The notes below the pieces were generated by a model. The model did no database searches, was not told the origin of the DNA, and was given only the letters and a program-made list of their open reading frames with translations. This document shows positions 25,720 through 39,044 of a stretch of 64,000 bases of DNA, piece by piece. Position 1 is the stretch's first letter. The number at the start of each line of letters is the position of its first letter. Source of the DNA: Mobula hypostoma (lineage: Eukaryota); the NCBI RefSeq assembly GCF_963921235.1, contig NC_086108.1, forward strand, positions 70,558,001 through 70,622,000, given 5' to 3'. The position numbers were made by a program, and so were the translations under genes.

Positions 25720-26300
25720 TTGATCTTCAGTATTGATGATTGAGATATTTTTTCAGATCCACTTTGAGTTACTTAATATTTGGCTGGACCTGACCTAATT
25801 ATTTTTGCTCTACTTAAACCACGAAGATAACTTGAAAAAATGTACACCAAGTTTCTTTGGGACACCAGCTATGATATAAACCAATAAGACTAAAACTACC
25901 AATTTTAGCAAAATACCAAAGAAATATCTCTGATGTGATTACAGAGGCTCTTTACAGTGACCAAGGTATCCCATTTGTTTTGGATGGTTCTGGGTCAATT
26001 GGTAAAACTTCCCTTACTAATTTGTGGCTAAGGTTTCAAGACAAAACATGATTGCCCTGGCATCATCAGGCATTACACCATACGGTGGAGAAAGCACTCA
26101 GCTTTTAAGCTCCCTTTAAATTTGGCAGATATGGTGGCTCCAATATGTAACTACAAAAAAAAAATCTAACTTATTGTCTTGGATGAATGTACAATGTCAC
26201 ATCCAGTAGCTATTGAAAAATCAGATCAAATTTTGCAAGATATAATAACTTATTGGGAGGTGTTACTTTAATGCTTGCCAAGTGCTACCAGTAATTCCAT
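25720..26300 (+). mobile_element. Helitron RepHel fossil (PIF1-family helicase motifs)
   Basis: QRNISDVITEALYSDQGIPFVLDGSGSIGKTSLTNL (Walker A), IALASSGI, SAFKLPLNL, LIVLDECTMSHPVAIEKSDQILQDI (Walker B), LGGVTLML, QVLPVIP, in order with frameshifts. Confidence 0.85.
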
Positions 26301-26579
26301 GTGCATACATATGAATGAGCATTTTGTGCTGTTGCCTTTCATAGAAGCAATGGAATGTGAATTATCTTTCTCACTTAGAGGTTTAAGGCCCAGTGCCTTT
26401 TGAGGGTAATTATAAACAATTAAGTGCTTTTAATCAAGGATGTTTTTGAGCTGGTTCCTTTTTAAAAATGTGTTTTTGCATTTTTACCCGTTTTATTTAG
26501 ACACTGCATGTAAAACTACCTTAGTTAACTAATTTTTGGAGATGTTTAATTAATATTGAGCAGCCATTCGAGTGAGATT

Positions 26580-28100
26580 CATAGAGTCACAGAACACTAG
26601 AGCACAGAAACAGGTCTTTCGGCCCAACTAGTCTGTGCCAGACTATTAATCTGTCCAGTCCCATCAACCTGCATCTGACCGTGGCCCTCTCTACCCTTCC
26701 CATCCATGTATATATCCAAATTTCTCTTTAATGTTGAAATCGAACCCGCATCCACCACTTCCACTGACAGCTCGTTTCACACTCTTTCAGCACCCTTTGA
26801 GTCCCCCTAAACATTTCACCTTTCACCCTTAACCGATGACCTCTTGTTCTAGTGCCATCCAACCTCAGTGGGAAAAGCCTGCTTGCGTTTACCTTATCTA
26901 ACCCTTCATAATTCTGTATACCTTTATCAAATCTCCCCTCAATCTTCTAGGCTCCAAGGAATAAAGTCTTCACCTATTCAACCTTTCCCTATAACTCAGG
27001 TTCTCAAGTCCCGGCAACATCGTTGTAAATTCTTGCTGCACTCTTTCAATCTTATTGATATCAAGTGACCAGAACTTAGCACAAAGCTCCAAATTAGGCC
27101 TCACTAATATGTTACACAATTTCAGCATAAAATCCCAACTTTGATTTATGAAGGCCAATGTTCCAAAGCTCTCTTAATGACCCAACACTGACCCCTGTAG
27201 CACACCACTTGTCAAGGCCTCCAGTCTATTACCAATCCCTGGCTTCTGTGAAGCCAAAGTCTAATCCAATTTACTACCTCATCCTGAATGTCAAGTGACT
27301 GAACCTTCTTGATCAACCTCTCAAACAGGACCTTGCTAAAGTCCATGTAGATGACATCCACTGCCTTGTGTTCATCAGGTTTCCTGGTAACTTCCTTGAA
27401 AAACTCGATAAGATTGTTTAGACACAAACTATCATGGTCAAAGCTTTGTTGACTATCCCTAATCAGCCCCTGTCTATCCAAATACTTTCTGGTCCCTTAG
27501 AATGGAGTAAGGCTCACTGGCCTATAATTTCCTGTCTTATTCTTAGAACCTTTCTTAAACAACAGAACAGCCTTAGCTATCCGCCGGCATCTCAGCAATG
27601 GCTGAGGACATCTTAAATATCTCCGCAAGGGCCCTGCAATTTCTGCACTAGCCTTCTATAGGGTCTGAGGGAACATCTAGTCAGGCCCTGGGGATCTATC
27701 TACTCTAATTTGGCTCAAGATGGCAAACACCTCCTCCTCTATAATCTGTACATGGTCCATGACCTAACTGCTGGTCTGCCTCTCTTCTTTTGACCGTGTC
27801 CATCTCCTGAGTAAATATAGTTGTAAAAACATCCATTTAAGCGCACACCCATCCCTTTCGACTCCATTCATAGAATACCACTCGGATCCTCCAGAGGATC
27901 AATTTTGTTCCTTGCTATCCGTTTTTTCGTAATATATCTGTGGAAGCCCTTAGGATTCTCCCTCATCTTGTCTGCTACCCAACCTCATGTCTGCTTTAGA
28001 CCTCCTGATTTCCGTCTTAAATATTCTTTTGCATTTCTTATTCTCCTCAAATCCCTCGTTTGCTCCTTCATGCCTATACTGCTATGCACCTCCTGTACAC
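26580..28100 (-). mobile_element. degenerate, internally deleted CR1 LINE
   Basis: GLIRDSQQSF...LIEFFKEVT...VDVIYMDFSK; LVRPNLELCAKFWS. Confidence 0.8.
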
Positions 28101-28249
28101 ATCTAAAATAATGGCACCATGGATCTGACAGTCCTGTCCCTCCTGCAACCAAGACCTACTAACGGCTACAATGTCATAATTCCTCATGCTGATCCATGCA
28201 CTAAGCTCAGCTCACCTGCCTTTCCTACAAAAGACCTTGCATTGAATGG

Positions 28250-28605
28250 AATATTGATGTAATCACAAAGAAGGCATGGAAGTAGCTATAGGAATTTCAT
28301 TAGGAATTTGAGTAGAATTGCTATGTCACCAAAGACACTTATTTTTACAGTTAGAGCATTCTAACTGGTTTAATCACCATCTGGTATCGAGGGGCCACCG
28401 CACAGGATCAGACAAAGATGCAGAAAGCTGTAAACTCAGCCAGCTCCATCATAAGCACTAGCTTTCCCAGCATCCAGGACATCTTCAAAAGTGATGCCTC
28501 AAAAAGGCAGAATCCATCATTAAGGACCTCTATCACCCAGAACATGCCCTCTTCTCATGCCTACCATCAAGGAGGAGGTACAAGGAACCTGAAGACACAC
28601 ACTTT
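28250..28605 (+). mobile_element. Rex1/Babar 3' fragment
   Basis: MQKAVNSASSII...PSIQDIFK; similar to other Rex1 copies in the window. Confidence 0.7.
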
Positions 28606-28915
28606 AGAAACTATACTTGAAAGGAAGCTTTCTACTTACTATAAAGAGCAAAGCACTTCCTTTGAATCAATGGTGACTAACTCTTTTTTTTACATAATGT
28701 TGGGAATGGGTAAAGAATTCCATAAAATTGGCTGTTATCCCTGAACCTGTAAATAATTGGAATGTTTCATTATTTTAAACATGAATGTTATGGGTACCCA
28801 TAAGCAGAGGGTATAGGTTTAAGTAGGAGATTTAGAGGGGATCTGAGGAAGTTTTTCCCCTACTTAGAATATACTGTCTGAGGGAATATTGGAGGCAGGT
28901 ATTCTCATAACTTGA

Positions 28916-30753
28916 CATAGGACAAATTTACAGCACATTACAGGCCCTTCGGCCGACAATGCTGTGCCAACCATCTAACCTACTTTAGAGACTGCCTAGA
29001 ATTTCCCTAGTGCATAGCCCTCTAGTTTTCTAAGCTCCATGTACCTATCTAAGAGGCTCTTTAAAGACCCTATTGTATCTGCTTCCACCACCGCCACTCA
29101 CAGTGCATTCTACGCACCCACCACTCTCTGTGTGAAAAACTTAACCCCAACATCCCCTCGATACTTATTTCCAAGCACCTTTAAACTATGCCCCCTCATG
29201 TTAGCCATTTCAGTCCTGGGAAAAAGCCTCGGCCTATCCACACGATCAATGACTCTCATCATCTTATACACCTCTATCAGGTCACCTCCCATCCTCTGTC
29301 GCTCCAAGGAGAAAAGGCCAAGTACACTCAATCTATTCTCATATCCAGGCAACATCCTTGTAAATCTCCTCTGCACTCTTTCTATAGTCTTTCCTGTAGT
29401 GAGGTGACCAAAACTGAACACAGTACTCCAAGTGGGGCCTGAGCAAGGTCTTATATAGCTATAACATTACATCATGGCTCTTGAACTCAATCCCACGTTT
29501 GATGAATGCCAACACATACTCCTTACTTAACAACACTGTCAACTTGCACAGCAGCTCTGAGTGTCCTATAGACACAGACTCCAAGATCGCTCAGATCCTC
29601 CACACTGCCAAGAGTCTTATATATTATATTCTGTCTTCAAATTGGACCTACAAAATGAACCACTTCACACTTATCTGGGTTGAAGTCCATCTGCCACTTC
29701 TCAGCCCAATTCTGCATCCTATCAATGTCCCACTGTAACCTATCCAGACTATCCGCAACACCCCCAACCTTCGTGTCATCAGCAAACTTACTAATCCACC
29801 CTTCTACTTCTTCATCCAGGTCATTTATAAAAATCACAAAGAGAAGGGTCCAGAACAGATCCCTGCGGAACATCACTGGTCACCGACCTCCATGCAGAAT
29901 ATGACCCATCTACAACCACCCTTTGTCTTCTGTGGACAAGCCAATTCTGGATCCTTGGTCCCATGCCTCCTTACTTTCTGAAGGAGCCTTGCATGGGAAA
30001 CCTTATCAAATGCCTTACTGAAATCCATATGCTCTATATCCACAGCTCTAGCTTCATCAATATGTTTTGCTACATCCTCAAAGAATTCAATCAGGCTCAT
30101 AAGGCACAGCCATGCCATGCTGACTATCCCTAATCAGATTATGTCTCTCCAAATGCTCATAAATCCTGCATCTCAGGACCTTCTCCAATAACTTGCCCAC
30201 CAGTAAAGTCAGACTCACTGGTCTATAATTTCCTGGGTTATCTCTACTCCCTTTCTTGAACAAGGGAACAACATTTGCAACCCTACAATCCTCCAGCACT
30301 TCTCCGTCCCTATTGATGATGCAAAGATCATGCCAAAGGCTCAGCAATCTCCTCCCTCGCTTCCCACAGTGGCCTTGGGTATATCTCATCCGGTCCTGGT
30401 GACTTATCTAACTTAATGCTTTTCAAAAGCTCCAGCACATCCTCTTCTTAATGTCTATATCCTCAAGCGTTTCAGTCCGCTGTAAGTCATCCCCACAATT
30501 GCCAAGGTCTTTTTTCCTGGTGAATACTGAAGCAAAGCATTCATTAAGTACCTCCACTACCTCCTCCGACTCCATGCACACGTTTCCACTATCACACCTG
30601 ATTGGTCCTATTCTTATACAGCTCATCCTCTTGCTCTTCACATACTTGTAGAATGCCTTGGGGTTTTCCTTAATCCTGCTTGCCAAGGCCTTCTCACGGC
30701 CCCTTCTGGCTCGCCTAATTCCATTCTTAAGCTTCTTCCTAGCAACCAAAAAC
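28916..30753 (-). mobile_element. CR1 LINE (5'-truncated) nested in an older + strand CR1 3' end
   Basis: [42 protein letters not shown]; attctcata repeated at 28901 and 30754 as a possible TSD. Confidence 0.9.
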
Positions 30754-31007
30754 ATTCTCATAGCTAAGTACTTGAACCGCTGTGACATGGAAGGCTATGG
30801 GCTGAGTGTTAGAAAATGAAATTAATATAGATAGTGTTTGATAGCTGGCACAGACACAGCAGACTGAAGGGCCTGGTCCTTGCAGTATGACTACATTCAC
30901 TCTATGTTAAATCATTTGTCACCATATGAAATACAGTTTGGATGATAAATTTAGGACAAAGTTTAGAGGAAATAACAATGTAATACAAGATTATTAAAAA
31001 GCTACAA

Positions 31008-31013
31008 TTTATT
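31008..31013 (-). terminator. candidate polyadenylation signal (AATAAA) of TUT4
   Basis: tttatt on the + strand, about 405 nt after the stop and just before repeat-derived sequence begins. Confidence 0.6.
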
Positions 31014-31418
31014 TTTAAAAGGCTTTTGGCACTATATACTTCTGTTCTGAACACAGCTGACCATCTTTAAACCATATTTTCTTTTTTAAGAACCATATAC
31101 AAAGTCTGAGGCAGCCAAAGTATGATACAACAGAGAAAATAAATCCAGTTCTTTTTTTAAAAAAGCTTTTTTTTTACATTTGCATTAGCTTCAAACAAAA
31201 AATGATTTACCCCACCTTCAAAAATGGGAGGCATTAAAATAGATGTGATCTGTATCATAAATCACATTGTGGTGCATTGCAACAAAAATTATTAAAAATT
31301 ATAATCAAGTTTAGTCTATATACAAATCATACAGTTTAAAAACAGTCTTAAAATAATTTTGTTCTTCCCCTTCCCAGATAAGATCTGTAACTGTATATTG
31401 TGTGAATTTCCACTACAG

Positions 31419-31501
31419 TCACTTCTTTTGCTGAATGTAATTCATCCGTACTCTTCCTTGTTGCATGATTGGAAAACGCTGGTTACTGTGGATTGAAGAA
31501 C
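31419..31501 (-). CDS. TUT4: TUT4 last coding exon (83 nt including the stop)
   Basis: ggcag|GT...AAG AAG TGA; GSSIHSNQRFPIMQQGRVRMNYIQQKK*; phase fits; followed by UTR-like sequence and AATAAA. Confidence 0.8.
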
Positions 31502-32199
31502 CTGCCAAAGTAGGCACACAAACAACTTTTAGTGGCAGACATTATACTTATACTTGGTGATAATATAAACATTACATTTTTGGTGCAACTCAGAAAAAAG
31601 TTATGACCTCAGCTACAATGCTATATCCAAACAATTCCACACAAATATGATAATACCTAGTCCTGTCAGCAAACACTAGCTACTTTGCCTTAACTAAAGA
31701 AACTCTTGAACTTGCCTATAGACTTAGTTTACTAGTTACAAATTAGCTGCCGTTTCCAAGTTATGGTATGTACAGGTCAGTTATATGCTGATCTTACCAA
31801 ATGAACGAACAGCAAAACTTTAGTCATTAGTTCTGTTTCATGGCATTTGACTGTTTCAATCCCTATACCTATTCTGAGGTTTCACAAAAAATCTTGATCC
31901 AATTGGGATGAGGGGAATAATGGAACCAATGAATTCAAAGGTTATCTTCTCAGTAGATCTGGGAACAGTTTCTACAGAAAAATCCTGGCACACAAAACTA
32001 AGGGATACTTGGTTATTACATAACTGAAAAATGTTTGGCTTCAGTGGTTTATTAAAATTCTACAGGAACTACTTGTTTTGCAAATCTTTTATACTTGTAG
32101 GGAATTCATTACAAGCTGAGAAGCAATGTTCCAATATTTACCTGCCTTATCACATAGCAAAAGTTATACCAGATTAGAATGGTTTGTTATTATTGGTAC

Positions 32200-32367
32200 C
32201 TTGAGAATAGTAGGATTTGTTCTGCTGAGGATAGTTCGTATTTCCCTGCTGAATGAAGTTTTGAGGCATTCTGTAAGGCCACGGTGCTTGAAAATGAGAA
32301 ACAGGATGATGCTCCCAAGGTATGGTTGGAGGATTTAGTTTTGCAAATTGTCCCTGAAACCTTTGAT
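32200..32367 (-). CDS. TUT4: TUT4 penultimate coding exon (168 nt)
   Basis: atag|AT...CAAG|gtacc; DQRFQGQFAKLNPPTIPWEHHPVSHFQAPWPYRMPQNFIQQGNTNYPQQNKSYYSQ, similar to the TUT4 LNPPIPWEH...WPY...QNF motif. Confidence 0.9.
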
Positions 32368-33567
32368 CTATGTTTCCGTGGAGGAAAGAAAATGTTACAT
32401 GTTTGTTTTAAGACATAATTGCTTAAAATGAACACTTAGCAACCTATAAAACCTCCCTTCCAAACTGAGGGATATGTCTTTTTTTTCCATATTTCTTGTG
32501 TTTTCATATTTCCTGTTTTAGTCTTGCAAAATGTAAAAGTAATATAATTTACTGCAAGGTATACTTACTTCAACAAACTTAGCAGTTTAAAAACAATGTC
32601 ACAAGTACAAGCAAAATATTAGCATTGTACTAAGGGCTGTGAATTTAAAAACACTGTATAGGGTTTAATTAGATTTTTTACAAGCAACGAACTTGTAAAC
32701 ATTAGTTCCATTTATAATTAAATTTAAAACAGAGTTAACTCAGAATAATTTTACACAAGTGCAAAGTTACAGCTCAATTACCCCAGAAACCTTAATCAAC
32801 CTTCTAAAATTTTTGTTGAAGCAATTCTTGCACAAGTAGTAATATTTGTTCAAATAGTGTTTTTCCTGTTGAGATTGTTTGAAATAAAATTCTAAAGATT
32901 AAAAACAAAAAAGTTTGTGATTGGTCATAGGCTTTTTTAATGGTTTAATTTCTCCTGAATCAGTAGTCTTTTTATAACTTGTATTGTAATTATATGATAT
33001 TCAATATATTGCCTACAGTAATCAATTATACAGGATGTATTTTGCTAGTCAATCATTTCCATATAAGATCCATATGGAAACTGCAATTTTTCCTCAGCTG
33101 CAATTAGTATTTTATTGATTCCTCCCCAAACACAAATTCATGTTAGTGTTCTATTTTGCAGATCCAGACATGACATTAGTATATGTGCACACATTCAGTT
33201 TCCTCATACCAATCAATGGTGATTGATAGATAGGGGTTGGAGCCAGCTAACTTTGGGAAGCAACTGTTGTGCCACAGTGTCTGCCCTAACATAAAGCAAC
33301 ACAGATTGTACATCATACGGTCTTTGCAGTGGGGTGTTCATCAGTGCCACCACAGATCATCAACAATGCAGCAAAGCTCATTTATCATCTTATCTATTAA
33401 TTTTGCTCCTCATTCCTCTGGACTCGCCATCGTGTATTTTGCTCAATCACATTTTATATAATACATTAAAATGTTGAATGAACTATAAATGAAAAATTAA
33501 TCATGTCCATTACAGAGTACATTAGAATAATAGCTACATATTAATATAATGAGAAAAAGAAATATAC

Positions 33568-34075
33568 CTGAAGCTCCCAGAGTGCCATTTCCCACTAGTG
33601 TGCTGCGAGTCATGTGATTGTGCCATTGTCCATCGTGAGGAGTGTTGGAGATACCCATGGGCCTGGCAGCAGGCTGAGCAAAGATGATACTGGGATCATT
33701 GAGGTTCATACTGTTGGGACTAGCTGTGTTGCTGCTAGACCGCATAGGGAAAGGCATGTTGGGGTGACTACCAGATGCAGAATGAAGAACAGCAGGCCAA
33801 GTATTAGCGGGCATTTGCACCTGGTGTTGTGGTCTGTGTGACTGAATGAGGCTCACACTGTGCAGGTTGGAATACTGACCTGGATGATGCTGAGTATATG
33901 GTAACAGGGGCAACTGAACCTGACGGGTTGGTTGAGCAAGTGTCTGTGGAAGTTTATTTTGAGAACCAGCCTGTTGGGTCTGTGGATGGGAAACAGTAGC
34001 TGTCTGAGATGCGTTTGGTGTTAATTGCTGATGCGTAGTTTGAGGAGAGTAAGGAGGCATCTGATGTGGTTCTGA
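33568..34075 (-). CDS. TUT4: TUT4 exon (508 nt), Q/P-rich C-terminal region
   Basis: ttcag|TCA...TCAG|gtata; includes NLNDPSIIFAQPAARPMGISNTPHDGQW, which I recognise from TUT4. Confidence 0.93.
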
Positions 34076-34499
34076 CTGAAAATTAGAAACAAAAAAGCAA
34101 TGAGACAAACTATTGCTCAGGTAAATGGATTTCCAGTTTCTAACATTCTTTCACTAAACCATGTTTTAAGAAGGGAGGAAATAATTTACAAAGTTTTGTG
34201 TGTGGCAGGAACGGTAAAGTGATAATAGTTCCAAAATGATTTATTTGATATACCATTTTCAAATACAAATATGGTCACTACAACTATAACGATTCTCCTT
34301 ATCTGCAACACTTAATTTTCACATAATATTGTTAAATTGAATTCAGTTACAATCAGGGGTTTCTCCAGCGCAGTAAACTTTAAAAAGGATTTAGGGAGAA
34401 TAATGATATATGCCAATTTCAACATTAGGGACTTCAAGGCTGGAGGAAACCCTGTGCAACTACAATACTTTGGGCAACAACCAAAACCAAATGACTTAC

Positions 34500-34618
34500 A
34501 CTTTCTGGAGGCTGCCTGCTATGTTGTGGGTAATCCTGATGAAGTTCTGAATGTGACACCGTTGCCTGAGAAGTTGCTACTGTCTGTATACTGGACAGAT
34601 TCCGTGTAGCCTGAGGAA
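34500..34618 (-). CDS. TUT4: TUT4 exon (119 nt), C-terminal low-complexity region
   Basis: tgaag|TT...AGT|gtaagt; VPQATRNLSSIQTVATSQATVSHSELHQDYPQHSRQPPES; phases fit both neighbours. Confidence 0.85.
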
Positions 34619-36118
34619 CTTCAAAATAAAAAAATTTTTTAGATTCCAAACAAATACTTAATGTTAACCATATAACAATTATAGCACGGAAACAGGCCAT
34701 CTCGGCCCTTCTAGTCCGTGCCCAACTCTTACTCTCATAAATGTTGAATAATACTACTTTTTGAATTATTTCACTCTTAATCAATGCTGCTTCTACTTAT
34801 CATATACTTTCCCTTCTGAAATCGCTGATAATCCTCCCTGAGGAAATGACTGGTTACCCTTGCTCTATTAGGGTGGCAAGAAAAAGATACTAAAGCTGCT
34901 CTGGACACCGGGGTCTTATGTTTCTTTGTTTTTTGTGGTAGAGAAATACCAGACCTTCAGACACTTAATATTCTATAACAATGAGATTTGGAACTTGCCT
35001 TGAAAAGCAATTCAATTAATGCTTCTCCATTTCTGTACAAAAGTTCCAATGGGATGTATCATCTGCTATCTAATCGCCACCATGCTTCAATGTGTTCATA
35101 ATTATGGCTCTATCTAAGGATAAAGAACTGGTTAGGAAATTGGCTGAGTAGCAGGAGACAGACGGTAGAAAAAATTAGCAAGGATTCAATCTCCGCCTAG
35201 TGTCCTGCAAAGATTTGTACTGAGACCTTAACATTCATGTTACAGATAACCAAAAAGAAAGCCATAATCCGACTTTGGCAGTGACTCAAAATAGCATTGT
35301 AAGTCATGTAGGTGGAAGTATAACCAAAAGAAGATATTAATCAATTAAGTACTTATCTGGTTCTTAAGGAAATTAAATCTACCAGCCTTGGCCACTTTGA
35401 CATATTTGAAATTTAAGATCCATAGCAAAGCTGATGATTTACAACTGCTGATGACTTGCAACTCCTAGCAAGCACTTATCTCAAAGGTAATTTGAATTTG
35501 GACAGTCAACACAGACGTTCAGTAATGCATAAATTCTATGAATTAATAAAAAAAAGGCAAACCTTGGATCTATAATTAATAGAAAGAGTGGTTTCAACAT
35601 GCTAGATTTCAACACTTAAGATAAGTTTGGATAGGCACATGGATGGTAGCTGTATGGAGGGCTATGGTCCAGGTGCAGGTCAATTGGAGTAGGCAGGTTA
35701 AATGGTTTGGCACTTGGTGGGCTAAAGGACCTCTTTCTGTGCTGTACTTTTCTATGACTCTGAGTGCTGAAAAGCATTACTCTCCACAGCTTAATCTCTA
35801 CATTCTCTGAAGCAATATGGGAGTCAATTTTATGAGCACTACACATATACAAAGATTGTCATTGCTTTCAAGTTTTCTTTGGTTAGGAAGAAGCCTGGGG
35901 TGACTTACTCAACAATTTTCTTTGTATTTTGAGGAAGAAACCTTTCACTTTCATCAACAGCATTAATACATCTGGACAAGCGAAACCTATGTTCTATCAT
36001 CAAGCTCCATCACTGAAAATCTATTCTTAAAATATTTTCCCATATATTTTGAGGGAATAACAACACATTTTACCCATGAACAAATATTAAATATATCTTT
36101 TCGCAACATTATGATTAC

Positions 36119-36288
36119 CTGACACAGTGTTGTTCCGTGTTCGGGATGTTCTGTATTCTGGGCAATCCCTTCTCATATGACCAGTGTCACCACAGATAAA
36201 GCATCGCTTTTCTCTTAATTCTTTTTCTTCTTCCTTTGAATCTTTTGAATCCTTCTCTTCCTCTTTCTCATTCTCTTTCTTCTTCATT
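36119..36288 (-). CDS. TUT4: TUT4 exon (170 nt), third CCHC zinc knuckle
   Basis: taag|A ATG...TCAG|gtaat; MKKKENEKEEEKDSKDSKEEEKELREKRCFICGDTGHMRRDCPEYRTSRTRNNTVS. Confidence 0.95.
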
Positions 36289-36485
36289 CTTAAACAAAGT
36301 AACATGCAGTCAATATCTCAATACTTTATTTGAAAAATGGCAACAAACAAGGATAAAACTCTCATTCCTAGTTTTGACTGATATTATTAATAGTTTTTTG
36401 TTTAATAACAAAGGGCCTTCCAAGTTACTGATACTTTTTCGAATAGCTTTACAAGGTTTATGTAAAATATTATAGTTCATTACAG

Positions 36486-37420
36486 CAGGGGTCCCCAACC
36501 TTTCTTGCACTGCGGACTGGTTTAATATTGACAATATTCTTGTAGACCGGCCGACCCAGTGGGGGGGGGGGGGTAGGGTTGCCAACGGACAAGGGTAGCA
36601 GTCAAATACGTTGTGTTTACCCCGAGTAAGGCTACAATGACCATGAAGCCTTGCGCAGGCACCAGTGCACATGCATGTACCTGCCGATTTTTTCTCGACA
36701 AATCGTTGTTGCCGATTCTGTTCGGGGGGGGGGGGTGTTAATCATGACCGGAATATAGGTGCTAAGTGGCTAATGCACTCAATTTCATTTCTAAAAGGGT
36801 TTATCTAACGAATTTAATATTAAATACACAGCGCATATTTTCCTCGCATGAATTTAGTGATAAGTCAATTATCAGGGGAGCTTGAAGTAAGTGTTGAATG
36901 AACTTCCAGTAGAAGTGGTAGAGGCAGGTTCGATATTATCATTTAAAGAAAAATTGGATAGGTATATGGACAGGAAAGGAATGGAGGGTTGTGGGCTGAG
37001 TGCAGGTTGGTGGGACTAGGTGAGAGTAGCGTTTGGCACGGACTACAAAGGCAGAGATCACCTGTTTCCATGCTGTAATTGTTATATGGTTATATAAGTA
37101 AGTCAATAGCATCATAACATTTTAAGTAATGTTTGGATATTAAACACACAGCACATATTTTCCCCATGTGAACATATAAAATCATTGCAACACACCAGTA
37201 TCGCTGAATCAGTGGGAGCCCTGGGCTTGTTTCCCTGCAACAAGATGGTCCTATCGAGGGGTGATGGGAGACAGTGATACTCGAAGGGGGTTCCTTATGT
37301 CCAGTCTATTCCGCAATTTAGTTTTCGTTGCATTCATTGCAGAGATATGTTGGAAATGGAATCAATGTTTTCAGTGCTTTTGTGGCTATCTCAGGATATT
37401 TAGCCTTGACTTTGATCCAG
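36486..37420 (-). mobile_element. second, one-end-truncated copy of the same hAT-Charlie element
   Basis: starts CAGGGGTCCCCAAC; colinear with 4281-5211; keeps transposase C-terminus KTKLRNRLDIRNPLRVSLSPITPR*DHLVAGKQAQGSH*. Confidence 0.9.
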
Positions 37421-37728
37421 GTAAATTACTCTTCCATTTTTATTTTGGTGTTCTAAACAGAGTGAAGTAGGTAAAACTGCAGCTGTGGCTTCGAGTGTTA
37501 CCATGGAATGGGGATTGATAGAGATGTAACTCTGAACCAGAAGTGACCGGTGAGGCCACTGGTACAGATGTGCAGAAAAATGGATGAAACATTGTTGAAC
37601 GTCTTGCCAACATGATACCGAGAACTCAGGAATGAAAGAGGAGGGAGGTATGTCAGAAGTAATGGCATGAAGTTAGCATGGATGAAACAGGAGAATGGAT
37701 TCTCACATAATTACAAATTTATTGTTAC

Positions 37729-37844
37729 CTCCTTCGTTTTGGACAATCTTTCATGTAATGTCCAATTTTCCCACAGATACGACAACACCTGTCATTTGGT
37801 GCCAACTCCCCATCAGTCAGGATTTTTGAATCAAAAAAATAATC
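37729..37844 (-). CDS. TUT4: TUT4 exon (116 nt), second CCHC zinc knuckle
   Basis: ctag|GAT...AGGAG|gtaaca; DYFFDSKILTDGELAPNDRCCRICGKIGHYMKDCPKRR. Confidence 0.97.
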
Positions 37845-39044
37845 CTAGAAACAAATACCAGTTTCAGGTTAACGATTACTTGATATAGATATAAAATTAA
37901 TTGCTGGAAAATAACATTCTTCAATGATTGGCACATATATGATTTAAAGGTTTGAACAATATGATCTAAGATTTGAAACAAAAAATTCAAATATCAAATT
38001 TAAACAAGCATCAAAGTCTATACATTTTGCTTCTAGTTTTCCATTATTTTTAGTTTCTAACTTCACCCCTATTTTCACTCTTGGTACTTTTTTTCATTCT
38101 AATCCTACAAAGTTTTCATCTATTTAAATTTTCCAGTTACTGAAATCACATTTTGGCATGACTTGTACTCTTTGATCACCCGTGTCTCTTTGTAAAACAT
38201 CAGTCTACTTCAATACCTGTGTATCTCTTCTAATGTTCTTCCTGCATTGGATAACCTTTCTTTTCCTTTTATCCAATGTAGAAGAGTTCTATCTCCACTT
38301 CAACCCCTTTTGTTCTCTCTCCAAACAATCCAGCATGAAATCTTTCTATCCAATATTTAGTTTCTATGTTGGATATGGATATTAGATAGATATTGGTTTC
38401 CAAGCTGACAGCACACTGTGAATCCCAAAAGTCCAGGTTACATGCCTGTAATTACCTTAATTAACTTCCACCTCCTACCAGTCTGTTACCACATAGACCC
38501 CAAAATCCTTGCCAAAATTGCTACCTCTGTGATAGCACGTGAGAAAAATAGACTGAATTAATATGAAAGAACAGTGTAAAACTACAATACTTATGATTGT
38601 TAATTATTTATATTTATTTATGGCTTATAAGTAAGATTTTAGCATTCAAAATAGATCACAATAATTCAGCTCTCAACTGCTAACATTCTAACCTTACAAA
38701 CATTCTAGACAACATATTTTGGAACATACATACCATATCCATTAATGCCATTTGATACAAATTCTGATTAATTGCTACAATATACAACATACTGTAGAAA
38801 CAAATCATTGAGCCCAAATGGCACTTGTCAGTTTTTATAGTCTTACAAGTCTCTCCAAATACCAAATTCAATCCATTTTATTCCTCCCCCCTTGTATACT
38901 TACCTTTTAAAAGGCAATAATGCTCTGCACCCCAACTACTCTATGTGGTAGCAAGTTCTACATTCTAACTACCCCCTGTGATTAATTGAAGTCTTTATTA
39001 GTTCAATTAATAACATATCTAGATTCACGGCCCCTGGTCATAAT

